From a bacterium BMS3Abin06 (GTDB lineage Bacteria > Nitrospirota > Thermodesulfovibrionia > UBA6902), in NCBI GenBank assembly GCA_002897895.1, contig BDSY01000041.1:36276-100275 (forward strand): a DNA stretch of 64,000 nt. Reading direction: 5' to 3'. Both the position numbers and the translations under genes were made by a program. Below, piece after piece: positions 41,547 through 53,356 of the stretch (its first letter is position 1; the number at the start of each line of letters is the position of its first letter). Under the pieces are notes generated by a model. The model did no database searches. It was not told the DNA's origin and worked only from the letters and a program-made list of their open reading frames with translations.

Positions 41547-44500
41547 ATGGCGAAACATACAAAAAAATATGCGATGTTGATAAACCTTGAGAGGTGTGCC
41601 GGCTGTTTTGCCTGTCAGATAACCTGTAAAGCGGAATATAATATTCCCTTTGGAACTTTCCGGTGTAAAGTTGAAACATACCGGTCAGGCAGCTATCCGG
41701 AGATTGGCAAGTTTTTCCTGCCGCGCCTCTGCAATCACTGTGGCACGGCCCCCTGCATTGAAGCATGTGAAGAAAAGGCCTTGTTTAAAAATCAGGACGG
41801 CGTTGTCTTACTAAACAGCAACAAGTGCATCGGCTGTGGGATGTGCTTCGAAAAATGCCCCTATGATGCTATTGATCTGAATCCGGCCACCGGGCAGGCT
41901 GAAAAATGTGATTTTTGTTATGAAGGGCAGGTTATGAAAGGTCGTCCTCCGGTATGTGTGCAAAGTTGCATGGGCAAGGCAATTCTATTCGGCGACACAA
42001 ATGATAAAAACAGTGATATCTCAGTTGCACTCGGAAATCATAATATCAAGGCGCTTAAACCGGAACTTGCGACAAAACCTTCGGTTTTCTATGTGTTCAG
42101 GGGTGATACCGGTAATGCACCGCTGAAAGACCATAAAATAACTATCAGACATTCCATTACCCAAAAAGTCCGGGAAGAGCCTGAAAACCGGACAAATTTA
42201 GTATACACATCAGATGCCATGTGTCCGTCTGAATGCGGCATTTCAGTGCTTGTTGAAGATGGTGTTGCAAAGAAAATCTACGGAAATCCTCATACTTTGA
42301 TTAATAACGGAACTCTGTGCGCCAAAGGCGCATCAGGTCTTCAGCTCACTTATTCCCCTCACAGAATAAAAACCCCCCTGATAAGAACGGGCCGGCGGGG
42401 TGAAGAAAAATGGAAGGAGATTTCATGGGATGAAGCCATTGACTATATTGCTAAAAAATTAATTGAGATAAAAGAGAAATACGGGCCGGAATCAGTCTTT
42501 TTAGACTGCGGAGATGTTACTGACAGAGAGGCATATTACCGCCTCTTCCATGCATTCGGCACTCCCAATACATTCAACCACGGAAGCATTTGTGACCCTA
42601 ACCGCAGATGGGGACAGGGAATAATGATGGGTGACGAAAGGCCTCTGCCTGATATTCAAAGGCCGGTTCTCATGAGAAACAGTGAAGGTGCATTGCATCT
42701 TAAAAAAAATCATGATATCAAGCTTCTCCTGAATATCGGCGCAAATCCGCTTGTTGCTACAAGATTCAACTACATGTCAAACGGCATTCCCTCAGCCAGA
42801 GAAGAAAACGGCTGCACTTACATTGTTATAGACCCGGCCTATACCAATTCTGCCTCGCACGCCGACATATGGCTTCCGATAATACCCGGAACAGATGCAG
42901 CCCTGCTTGCAGCCATGCTGCATTATATTATCGGGAATGACTCCCCGGTTAATTCTTCGAAAAAATATATAGACCATGCTTTCCTTAAAAAATACACAAT
43001 GGGCTGGCAGGAATTTAAAGAATCATTTCTCGCACAAGCCGATAAAAAAGATCCCTCAAACGGTTTACAATTTTTTTCAATTGAATGGGCGGAGAACAAA
43101 ACAGGGATCACTGCCAATGAAATCAAAAAAATCTCACACTTGTTCGGTATTACAAAACCTGCGGCAATTGAAATCGGCATGCATGGTACATCTCACCATA
43201 CAAACGGAGATGTGACATCAATCCTCATGACAGCCCTTTGCCTTATAACCGGAAATGCAGACATTCCCGGCGGTCTTGTATTCATAGATTCCCAGAAGGC
43301 CAAAAAAGGCAATAGAACCGTTGGAAAAGAATTCCTGGATAAAGTTGTCACAAGGAAAATAAACGGCAGTCCTGTTTCAGGCAAGCTGTCGGAACTTCAC
43401 AAAGACCTCTACGGTGACTATCCGGCCGCATGGAAAGGAGTGCTGGCCGACCTTCCGGTAAAAATCAGGAAAGGAATAAATTTAAAATACGGTTCCTTTC
43501 AGGATTACAGCTATCCCATAAAGGCCTTTATAACAAGGGCTGGCAATCCGGTCATGACTGCCGGCAATACAGCGGAATGGAAAGATGCATTGACCTCCAG
43601 AGATGAAACCGGCGAATACCTGCTTGAACTGATGGTATTTATAGACACACATATAACTGAAAGCGGCAAATACGCTGATATCGTGCTGCCCGAGGCAGGT
43701 TTTCTTGAGCGGATGGGAGTAAGCGATGTCTATACCATGAGTCCTGAAATATCAATCAGGGACCAGGTAATAAAACCGCTTTATGAATCCAGGACGCCTT
43801 TTCAGTTCATGATTACCATGTCTGATTCGCTAATAAAGAACGGGGACCCAGATATTAAGGCCGAAGATTTTAAAATTAAATACAAAAGCGAAGAGGCATT
43901 TATAAACGAGATATTAAGTGAAGCTCCGGGATTTTATAATATCGGAGCCCCACTGCCTTATCCTGATCTTCCGGAGGGATCTCTGATAGCAGGAGTGCCG
44001 GATAATCCAGGGGCTGTGTGGGGAAACAAAACAATAAAAACCGGAGAGCTTTTAACTGTCGACTGGCTCAGAAAACACAATGGAGTTGCAGTATGGCCTG
44101 CAAGTTATCACAGGTATAAAAAATCAGACGGCTCTCCTTCGGGAATATATCCGAAGACTGCGTCAAAAAAATTTGAATTCAAATTCAGTTTCCTCGAAAA
44201 TATTAACAAAACATTCGGGACAGATTTTCCCACTACCTTTTACTGGTCCGAGTGTAAATGGAATCCGGGAAATCCTTTATATAAAAATATCAACACGGAA
44301 TATCCTTTTCAATTGATAAGCGGCAGGGTTCATCATGCAATGACAATGACAGCGGTCTGTCCATATCTTGCTGAAACAGACACTGAGTGCATGCAACCGG
44401 TCAACAACGATTTTCATTACAAAATGCCGGAACTTGAGAACATCCCGAATAAATACGGCCTTCAGGACAATAAAGATAATTTCTTCAAACAAGGCAGTTT

Positions 44501-44819
44501 GTCAATTCCTGTTTTTGCTTTTAATACAAAAGACGGGAAGAGGTTAGATCTGAAAACCGGCAACATTGTTTCTCTCGAAAATCCGTTTAAAAAACGGATC
44601 ACCGGAAAAGTTTTTTTAACGGACGAGATAATGCCGGGGGTAATTAAAACAGCCTTTGGGCCAGGAGGCCGGAAGGCTTCCGGAACAGGCTTTATGAATC
44701 ATACCTTTAACTACACGCCGAATATCAATGAACTTCACGACCCGGAAAACATATCGCCTTTTACCGGGATGCCCGCGTTTGGAGATATAATGGTCAAAGT
44801 TATTAAAGAAAGGAATTGA
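41547..44819 (+). CDS. Fusion of a 4x[4Fe-4S] (TtrB/PsrB/NrfC-type) domain and a Mo/W-bisPGD oxidoreductase catalytic domain
   Basis: N-terminal CAGCFAC..C, CNHC..PC..C, CIGCGMC..CP, KCDFC..C..C; then DAMCPSEC...LCAKG, RIKTPL, ISWDEA, HGSIC, ADIVLP, ISGR. Confidence 0.88.
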   Translation: MAKHTKKYAMLINLERCAGCFACQITCKAEYNIPFGTFRCKVETYRSGSYPEIGKFFLPRLCNHCGTAPCIEACEEKALFKNQDGVVLLNSNKCIGCGMCFEKCPYDAIDLNPATGQAEKCDFCYEGQVMKGRPPVCVQSCMGKAILFGDTNDKNSDISVALGNHNIKALKPELATKPSVFYVFRGDTGNAPLKDHKITIRHSITQKVREEPENRTNLVYTSDAMCPSECGISVLVEDGVAKKIYGNPHTLINNGTLCAKGASGLQLTYSPHRIKTPLIRTGRRGEEKWKEISWDEAIDYIAKKLIEIKEKYGPESVFLDCGDVTDREAYYRLFHAFGTPNTFNHGSICDPNRRWGQGIMMGDERPLPDIQRPVLMRNSEGALHLKKNHDIKLLLNIGANPLVATRFNYMSNGIPSAREENGCTYIVIDPAYTNSASHADIWLPIIPGTDAALLAAMLHYIIGNDSPVNSSKKYIDHAFLKKYTMGWQEFKESFLAQADKKDPSNGLQFFSIEWAENKTGITANEIKKISHLFGITKPAAIEIGMHGTSHHTNGDVTSILMTALCLITGNADIPGGLVFIDSQKAKKGNRTVGKEFLDKVVTRKINGSPVSGKLSELHKDLYGDYPAAWKGVLADLPVKIRKGINLKYGSFQDYSYPIKAFITRAGNPVMTAGNTAEWKDALTSRDETGEYLLELMVFIDTHITESGKYADIVLPEAGFLERMGVSDVYTMSPEISIRDQVIKPLYESRTPFQFMITMSDSLIKNGDPDIKAEDFKIKYKSEEAFINEILSEAPGFYNIGAPLPYPDLPEGSLIAGVPDNPGAVWGNKTIKTGELLTVDWLRKHNGVAVWPASYHRYKKSDGSPSGIYPKTASKKFEFKFSFLENINKTFGTDFPTTFYWSECKWNPGNPLYKNINTEYPFQLISGRVHHAMTMTAVCPYLAETDTECMQPVNNDFHYKMPELENIPNKYGLQDNKDNFFKQGSLSIPVFAFNTKDGKRLDLKTGNIVSLENPFKKRITGKVFLTDEIMPGVIKTAFGPGGRKASGTGFMNHTFNYTPNINELHDPENISPFTGMPAFGDIMVKVIKERN

Positions 44820-44963
44820 TCCCTGTTCAAATCAGCCGTTTGACGGCAGCATACTATTCAACCCTTGAAAAAACTTGATTTTATTGCTAAATTAACCTTC
44901 ACACGAATTACAATTCGTGTAATAGCTCAAATTTATCTTCTTTTTTGCATATGGTCATAAACT

Positions 44964-46031
44964 ATGTCTGAACTTGAGAAACTGAGAAAAAAAATAGACG
45001 AACTCGACCTTAAGATTCTTGAATTATTAAATAAGAGAACAGAGGTCGTTCTTGACGTCGGAAAGACAAAGCAGGATAAGCATTTAAAAGTTTACTCACC
45101 TGAAAGGGAGCGGGCAATACTGAAGAGATTAAAAGAGAAAAATATTGGCCCTTTCCCCACTGAAACCCTCCGGTTAATCTATGAAGAAATACTTTCGGCA
45201 TCTCTTGCTTTGCAGCAGCCTTTAAAAGTCTCATACCTTGGCCCGTCCGCAACATTTACTCATCTTGCGGCAAAGAGGCAGTTCGGGTCTTCTGCGGATT
45301 ACATACCTGAAAGTACAATAAAAGAGGTATTCGACTCAGTCTCCAGAGATAAGGCCCGGTACGGAGTAGTTCCTATCGAGAACTCAACCGAAGGCGTAGT
45401 CAATTATACACTTGATATGTTCGTGGATTCGGATTTGAAAATCGCATTTGAGATAATGCTCCCTATATCACATAACCTGCTCTCAAAGACAGGCAAAAAA
45501 GCGGACATCAAAAAAATTTATTCCCACTCACAGGCAAGGGCCCAGTGCAGGGGCTGGCTTGAAAGTAATTTCCCGGGGATACCCGTCATCGAAGAGTTAA
45601 GCACTGCTGCGGCTGCCAAACGTGTCTCAAAAGACACTTCTGCTGCAGCGGTTGCGAGCGAACTTGCCGCTTCCGAATATAATCTGCAATTTGTTGAAAA
45701 GGGCATTGAGGATAATAAAACCAATTTCACCCGCTTTCTTGTGATTGCAAAAGAGTCATTGGGTAAAACAGGGAAAGACAAGACCTCCATTATGTTTTCA
45801 GTAAAAGACAAACCGGGTGCACTCTATCTGATATTGAGGCCCTTTGCGAGGCACAGGATAAACCTGACAAAGATCGAATCAAGGCCGTCAAAGAGAAAGG
45901 CCTGGGAATACTTCTTTTTTGTAGATCTGGAGGGCCATATAGACGACAAAGGAGTCAGGAAGGCAATTAACAGTGTAAAAAAGGAATGCCTCTTTTTCAA
46001 GGTATTAGGATCCTACCCCTCGGCTGAATAA
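44964..46031 (+). CDS. pheA: Chorismate mutase / prephenate dehydratase
   Basis: LRKKIDELD, PIENSTEG, NFTRF, LTKIESRP. Confidence 0.95.
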   Translation: MSELEKLRKKIDELDLKILELLNKRTEVVLDVGKTKQDKHLKVYSPERERAILKRLKEKNIGPFPTETLRLIYEEILSASLALQQPLKVSYLGPSATFTHLAAKRQFGSSADYIPESTIKEVFDSVSRDKARYGVVPIENSTEGVVNYTLDMFVDSDLKIAFEIMLPISHNLLSKTGKKADIKKIYSHSQARAQCRGWLESNFPGIPVIEELSTAAAAKRVSKDTSAAAVASELAASEYNLQFVEKGIEDNKTNFTRFLVIAKESLGKTGKDKTSIMFSVKDKPGALYLILRPFARHRINLTKIESRPSKRKAWEYFFFVDLEGHIDDKGVRKAINSVKKECLFFKVLGSYPSAE

Positions 46032-46038
46032 GAAAGTA

Positions 46039-46120
46039 TCGTAATCCGTGTCCGTTATTCGTTATCCGTAATTAGCTGATACATATCTAATCACATACGG
46101 ACACGAATTACGGTCACGAA
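46039..46120. repeat. Inverted 6-7-mer tandem repeat arms between pheA and hisC
   Basis: (TCCGTTA/TCCGTG)n followed by (TACGGACACGAATTACGG). Confidence 0.65.
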
Positions 46121-46129
46121 CAACAAACC

Positions 46130-47224
46130 ATGATACAAGCTTCTGAACATATCAAAAGCATTAAGCCCTATGTGGCGGGTAAACCGATTGAAGAACTCGT
46201 GAGGGAACTGGGGATTGCTCACCCGGTGAAGCTCGCCTCAAATGAAAATCCTGTTGGCCCGTCGCCTCTTGCGGTCAGTGCGCTGCGCAAAGGTATGGGC
46301 GACTTAAACAGGTATCCTGATGGAAGCTGCCACTACCTCGGCAGCGCATTATCCGGCAAATTGCAAATCAGACCTGACGGGATATTGTTCGGAAACGGCT
46401 CCAATGAAATTATCGAGCTGGCAGTCAGGACATTTCTCAATCCGGGCGATGAGGCGATAATGGCGCATCCTTCTTTTGTCGTCTATTCAACCATTGTACA
46501 GGCAGTAAAAGGTAAAAGCATAATTGTCCCGCTTAAAGACCGGCGGCATGACCTTGATGCAATGGCATCGGAGATAACTGCAAAGACAAAGATTATCTTT
46601 ATCGCAAACCCCAATAATCCCACAGGCACAATAAATACAAAAACCGACATGGATTCCTTTATGAAAAAAGTTCCGGAAGATGTGCTGGTTATCGTTGATG
46701 AGGCATATTTTGAATATGCTGTTTCGCCGGATTACGCAGACAGTATTAAATATTTTAGACGGGGAAGAGATATATTAATTCTCAGAACTTTCTCTAAAAT
46801 ATATGGTCTCGCAGGACTCAGGATAGGATACGGAATTGCAAAGAAAGAGCTGATAACAGAGATGAACAAAGTCCGCCAGCCATTCAATGTAAACTCCCTT
46901 GCCCAGAAAGCCGCACTCGCAGCGCTTGATGATGAAAAACACCTTGAGAGGTCTAAGAAAATAAATGAGAGAGGCAAGAAATATCTTTATAAAGAATTCA
47001 GGTCATTGAATATAAATTATGTGCCGACCGAGGCAAATTTCATATACATAACTTTTAAAAATGATGCAGCCGCTCAACTGTACAATGACCTTCTGAAAGA
47101 GGGTGTTATTGCGAGACCGATGGGCCCCCGTGCAATGCGCGTGACCATCGGGCTGCCGGGGGAGAATAAAAAACTGATAGAAGCATTGAGAAAGATTTTG
47201 AATAGGGAGAATTTTATTATTTAA
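46130..47224 (+). CDS. hisC: Histidinol-phosphate/aromatic aminotransferase
   Basis: KLASNEN, NPNNPTG, DEAY, RTFSKIYGLAGLRIGY. Confidence 0.93.
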   Translation: MIQASEHIKSIKPYVAGKPIEELVRELGIAHPVKLASNENPVGPSPLAVSALRKGMGDLNRYPDGSCHYLGSALSGKLQIRPDGILFGNGSNEIIELAVRTFLNPGDEAIMAHPSFVVYSTIVQAVKGKSIIVPLKDRRHDLDAMASEITAKTKIIFIANPNNPTGTINTKTDMDSFMKKVPEDVLVIVDEAYFEYAVSPDYADSIKYFRRGRDILILRTFSKIYGLAGLRIGYGIAKKELITEMNKVRQPFNVNSLAQKAALAALDDEKHLERSKKINERGKKYLYKEFRSLNINYVPTEANFIYITFKNDAAAQLYNDLLKEGVIARPMGPRAMRVTIGLPGENKKLIEALRKILNRENFII

Positions 47225-47297
47225 TTCATTATAATTAATATTCGCTGAAATCTTGTAATTTAGATTTTTAAATATAGAATTTCTGGAGGAGTTATTT

Positions 47298-48323
47298 ATG
47301 GATATTATAGTATTGAGGCCGGGAGCAACTGCAAAAGAACTCCGCTACATAGTCAAAAAACTTGAAAATAAGGGTTTCAAGGCCAATATCTCAAAAGGAA
47401 CCGAAAGGACGGTCATTGGGGTAATCGGCGACACTTCAAAGATTACCGAGGATGAAAGCAATGCATTTGCTTCAATGGCGGGCGTTGAAGAAATCCACAG
47501 GATTATCCAGCCCTTCAAGCTTGCAAGCAGGGATTTTAAATCCGGGGATACGACTATCAGAATCGGTAAACATACTATCGGGGGCAAAAGGATTCATGTC
47601 ACGGCCGGACCATGCGCTGTTGAAAACCTGCCCACATTACTGAATATAGCCATGGAAGTTAAAAAAGCCGGGGCAACATTTATAAGGGGTGGAGCATTTA
47701 AACCCAGGACTTCACCTTACAGTTTTCAGGGCCTTGGAGAAGAAGGACTGAAATTTCTTGCAGAAGCACGAGAGAAAACCGGGATGCCTGTTGTGACGGA
47801 ACTTATGGATCCGAGGGACATAGATGTTATTCTTAAATATGCCGATGTTATTCAGATAGGCACAAGAAACATGCAGAATTTCAGGCTTCTCAGTGAAGTC
47901 GGCTCTCATGACAAGCCGATAGTTTTAAAGAGGGGATTGTCCGCAACGATAAAAGATCTCCTCATGGCTGCCGAATATATCATGGCGCAGGGAAACAACA
48001 AGGTCATACTCTGCGAAAGAGGGATCAGGACATTTGAGACAGCTACGAGAAACACGCTTGATTTGAACGCTATCCCTGTTTTAAAAAAGCTTTCCCATCT
48101 CCCTGTTGTAGTTGACCCGAGCCACGGCGCAGGCAAATGGGACCTCGTTGCCCCTATGGCCAAGGCTGCAATTGCCGCAGGCGCCGACGGATTAATGATT
48201 GAAGTCCATCCAAAACCCGAAGAGGCATTGTCGGATGGGGAACAATCTCTAAAACCGGATAAATTCAAGACACTTATGAAAGAACTTAAGGCCGTAGCTA
48301 AAGCAGTGGGAAGGACATTGTAG
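47298..48323 (+). CDS. aroF: DAHP synthase, class I-beta
   Basis: [28 protein letters not shown]. Confidence 0.95.
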   Translation: MDIIVLRPGATAKELRYIVKKLENKGFKANISKGTERTVIGVIGDTSKITEDESNAFASMAGVEEIHRIIQPFKLASRDFKSGDTTIRIGKHTIGGKRIHVTAGPCAVENLPTLLNIAMEVKKAGATFIRGGAFKPRTSPYSFQGLGEEGLKFLAEAREKTGMPVVTELMDPRDIDVILKYADVIQIGTRNMQNFRLLSEVGSHDKPIVLKRGLSATIKDLLMAAEYIMAQGNNKVILCERGIRTFETATRNTLDLNAIPVLKKLSHLPVVVDPSHGAGKWDLVAPMAKAAIAAGADGLMIEVHPKPEEALSDGEQSLKPDKFKTLMKELKAVAKAVGRTL

Positions 48324-48342
48324 AATAAAGCCACGGATTACT

Positions 48343-48526
48343 CTGAATTTTGAATTCAGGAGTCAGAATTCAGGAGTCAGGAGTCAGAATGAAAAAAGAA
48401 AAAGATAGACAGCGGCGCTTAACTTCTCAGTTAAGGCGGGCTGTTGTTTCCATAACTGCGAATATAAGCATTAGAGGCATATTCCAAAGCAATTCCGGAT
48501 TCCGGCTCCTGACCCCTTTTTTTTAA
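48343..48526 (+). pseudogene. Collapsed four-helix-bundle (23S rRNA IVP-like) gene between inverted heptamer arms
   Basis: LTSQLRRAVVSITANI at 48419-48466, with LEAYSKAI in another frame just after; (CAGGAGT/CAGAATT)n upstream and ATTCCGG ATTCCGG CTCCTG downstream. Confidence 0.65.
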
Positions 48527-49381
48527 TGGACAGATACAATATGGATTTTACGAACATAGCGATTATCGGTGTCGGCCTTATGGGCAGTTCATTTGCCCTT
48601 GCACTCAGAAAGAACGGGTATAAAGGCAAAATAACCGGTATCGGAAGAAGAGAAAAAAATTTAATAAAGGCAAAAGACCTCGGAATAATAGATGATTACT
48701 CAACAGTACACGCAGAGGGAGTAAAAAATGCCGACCTGATCCTGCTCGCTTCCTCTGTAGGACAGTTTGAACAAATTGCAAAAAATATCAGGAACAATAT
48801 AAAAAACGGGGCAATAGTAACAGACGTAGGAAGTGTCAAGGCAGGGATTATCAGAAAACTCGAGCCCCTTATGCATGAAGGCGTTAGTTTTGTCGGCTGC
48901 CACCCGATTGCAGGCAAAGAATGTTCGGGCATGGATGCCGCAACAGCCGATCTTTTTAATAATGCAAAGTGTATAATCACCCCCACTTCAAACACAAACA
49001 AGGAAGCCCTGGACAGGGTTATTGATATCTGGGGCCGGATTGGAAGCAAGATAATATTAATGAGTCCTGAAGAACATGACCTTGTTTTCGCAGCAGTAAG
49101 CCACCTCCCGCATGTGGTTGCCTATGCACTGGTTAATTCTATCCTGAATGTTGATAAAGATATTCTCCATTACGGCGGCAGAGGGCTCAAGGATATGACA
49201 AGAATCGCCCTGAGTCCTACGGAGCTCTGGCGGGACATATGCACCAATAACAGGAATGATATTCTCAAGACACTAAAGAGATTTTCATCTTCTATTTCAA
49301 AGATGATAAAACTCTTTGAAAATTCAGACTGGACAGGTCTGGAGAAAGAATTCCTGAGGGCTAAAGAGGCAAGAAAGCTCA

Positions 49382-49395
<14 letters not shown>
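48526..49395 (+). CDS. tyrA: Prephenate dehydrogenase
   Basis: GVGLMG, DVGSVK, HPIAG, HD..FAAVSHLPH. Confidence 0.93.
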
Positions 49396-50719
<1,324 letters not shown>

Positions 50720-50735
50720 ACAATCTATAAAATCT

Positions 50736-51776
50736 TCACTTCCGGATTGATCCTTCAGAGCCGAGTAAAACAGCAATCCAGCGGGTCTCTTCATTGCTGT
50801 CCAGCGCAATCTTTACGGCCATAGTTAAAGGCACTGAGAGGAGCATCCCTACAGGACCCAGGACCCAGCCCCAGAAAACCAGCGAGAGAAACACAACCAG
50901 TGTTGATAATCCAAGCCCTCTTCCCATGATCTTAGGTTCAATTATGCTTCCTATTATGATATTTACCACAGCATATCCAAGTCCTGTTAGCAACGCCGGG
51001 CCGGACCCAAGCTGTATTAATGCCAGAAGTATAGCCGGAACTGCTGCAATGACCGGGCCGATGTTCGGCACATAATTAAGTAAAAAGGCCAGCAGCCCCC
51101 AGAGTAAAGGATGATTGACGCCAAGAAACATTAACCAGACTGCAATGGCAATTCCCGTTGCCAGGCTTGTCAATGTCTTGATCACCATATAGCGATTGAT
51201 GTTCTTTATGAAACTGTTAAAATTGCTGAACGATGCATCCGGCTTATCCGATGCAGCGCGCAATTTGTTGGGGAAGCCCGATGCCTCCAGCAGAATGAAG
51301 ATAACTGTAAGCAATATCATGAATGAATTGGTGAGCACACTGCCCAGTCTGGTGAGCAGGCTTGCAACAAGTTTCATGGCAAAACCGGGGTTCAATGTCT
51401 TAATCACCCCTTCTTTGTAAATATCTACACCCATACCTTCCAGCCACTCCAGGAGCCCTGACATTTTTTCCTGGAGGCTCTCCTGGTAAGAAGGCAGGGC
51501 CTGCGAAAAGTCATTCAGGGATGTGCCGACCAATGTCATTATGGATAGACCGATCACAATAGCCCCTGATACTACTATTATCATGGAGAGAACTGCGGGA
51601 ACCTTTTTCCTCTGCAGCCAGAATAACGGCGGTGCGCAAATGACTGCAATAAATACTGCTATTAAAAATGGAACCAGAATGGATTCTGCGGCCTGTATCC
51701 CTGCGATCACAACAACGAATGCAGCCGCAGTCACGAGGAATCCCGGCCCTGCCGATAGTTCAGCAATTTTTTTCAT
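50736..51776 (-). CDS. AI-2E family transporter
   Basis: Hydrophobic; LNYVPNIG, IEPKIMG, GPVGMLLSVPLT. Confidence 0.9.
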   Translation of the reverse strand: MKKIAELSAGPGFLVTAAAFVVVIAGIQAAESILVPFLIAVFIAVICAPPLFWLQRKKVPAVLSMIIVVSGAIVIGLSIMTLVGTSLNDFSQALPSYQESLQEKMSGLLEWLEGMGVDIYKEGVIKTLNPGFAMKLVASLLTRLGSVLTNSFMILLTVIFILLEASGFPNKLRAASDKPDASFSNFNSFIKNINRYMVIKTLTSLATGIAIAVWLMFLGVNHPLLWGLLAFLLNYVPNIGPVIAAVPAILLALIQLGSGPALLTGLGYAVVNIIIGSIIEPKIMGRGLGLSTLVVFLSLVFWGWVLGPVGMLLSVPLTMAVKIALDSNEETRWIAVLLGSEGSIRK

Positions 51777-51805
51777 AAGGTTTTGTAAAATCGCTTAACT
51801 CAGGT

Positions 51806-53020
51806 TTACTCAAAATTCTTATGATACTCTTTAACTTTTTTAGCGAAATCCCCGCCGAATTCATAGCACTTTGACTCATCATCCATTGACGGTCTGTAAA
51901 GCACCTCGACACCGGGCTCAAGGACTTCCAGTTTCATCCTTTTAAATTCTTCATAAGCTTCTTTAACTGCGCCGCCGCCCCATCCGTAACTGCCGAATGC
52001 CCCCATTATCCTGTTCTTAGGGCGTAAGCCCCTGAGGTGAGTTAAAAATTCTGCCACTGAAGGAAATAATATATTATTAAGAGTAGGGCTTCCAATAAGA
52101 CATCCCCTTGATTTCCAGAATTCTTTTATTGCCGCACTCATCGGTGTTGAACGAAGCTTTATCACCTTGCAATCAAGGCCCTCGTCTTTTATCCCCTGCA
52201 TTATCGGAATTGTCATACGTTCCGTACTGTTCCACATGGTATCGTAAATTAACGATATGCTCAGGTTTGCCTTTCCATCAGCCATATCGAGATATTTCTG
52301 CATTATGCTTCCCGGGTCTTTTCTCCATATTATTCCATGGTCAGGCGCAATCATGTCTATTTCAAGTCCAAGCTTCTGCACCTCTGACAGCTTTGATTTG
52401 ATAAGCTGTCCGAATGGCATAAGAATGTTTGCATAGTAGTCGATTATGGAATCTTCCAGCTCACAGAGCGAAGCATTCTCAATAAATTCATCATCAAACC
52501 TTGCAGAGGTTGCAAGATGCTGTCCGAATGCATCCTGTGAAATAAGGAGTTTTGCCTCATTAACATAGGTCATCATTGAATCGGGCCAGTGGAGCATCGG
52601 GGTTTCAAGAAATGTAAGGGTATATTTACCCGTATTGATTGTATCTCCTGTCTTAACGATCCTGAAATTCCATTTTGATGTATCAAAATGCCGGTCAAGT
52701 CCTTTTTTGCCTTTGGAGGTTATATAAATAGTTGCGTCCGGAGCAAGCGACATAATCCTGTCGACACTGCTTGCATGGTCCGGTTCGATATGGTTGATGA
52801 TCAGATTTACGATCTTCGACGGATCGGTCAGGCTCATGATATTTTTTAAGGTATGACGTACAAAGTCATGTTTGACCGTATCGACAAGGGTTATCTGCTC
52901 ATCCATTATAAGATAGTTGTTGTATGTGGTCCCGTTCGGAGTTACATATCCGTGGAAATCCCTTACTGCCCAGTCAATTGCACCTACCAGATATATATCA
53001 GGTTTTATTTCTACTTTCAC
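51806..53020 (-). CDS. fprA: Flavodiiron protein (class A)
   Basis: GTTYNNY, HIEPDH, HWPD, DAFG, PDHG, flavodoxin domain GSYGWGG. Confidence 0.93.
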   Translation of the reverse strand: MKVEIKPDIYLVGAIDWAVRDFHGYVTPNGTTYNNYLIMDEQITLVDTVKHDFVRHTLKNIMSLTDPSKIVNLIINHIEPDHASSVDRIMSLAPDATIYITSKGKKGLDRHFDTSKWNFRIVKTGDTINTGKYTLTFLETPMLHWPDSMMTYVNEAKLLISQDAFGQHLATSARFDDEFIENASLCELEDSIIDYYANILMPFGQLIKSKLSEVQKLGLEIDMIAPDHGIIWRKDPGSIMQKYLDMADGKANLSISLIYDTMWNSTERMTIPIMQGIKDEGLDCKVIKLRSTPMSAAIKEFWKSRGCLIGSPTLNNILFPSVAEFLTHLRGLRPKNRIMGAFGSYGWGGGAVKEAYEEFKRMKLEVLEPGVEVLYRPSMDDESKCYEFGGDFAKKVKEYHKNFE

Positions 53021-53099
53021 GTTTACCTCCCGTACATAAAATTATTAGAATTTTACCAGTTAAAAATAATACTTGCAACAGAAAGTGAATATACTCTAT

Positions 53100-53232
53100 C
53101 AATTCCCGGTGAACCCGGATGCAAGATTGCTTCGTCGCTGAAGCTCCTCGCAATGACATCGCGAAAATCTTTTTTGTCATTGCGAGCGGAGCGAAGCAAT
53201 CTCAATGCGTTACAAATTTACCGAGAATTGCT
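53100..53232. repeat. Palindromic element, family D copy 2
   Basis: Near-identical to 24526-24661. Confidence 0.8.
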
Positions 53233-53356
53233 GGGGATGCCCTGATTATTTTAGTTTCAAATTCTTACAGCGGCAGGTAATAGTTTAGCACACCCCTTTT
53301 CTAAAAGTTGAAATAATCTGACTTTCCCGTTTTAATTTTTGTATTATAATCATACT

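Noticed and set aside
48389-48526. Mini-ORF ending in Phe-Phe before tyrA as an attenuator leader peptide
   Set aside because: No terminator/antiterminator pair was seen, and the sequence is explained as a four-helix-bundle relic.
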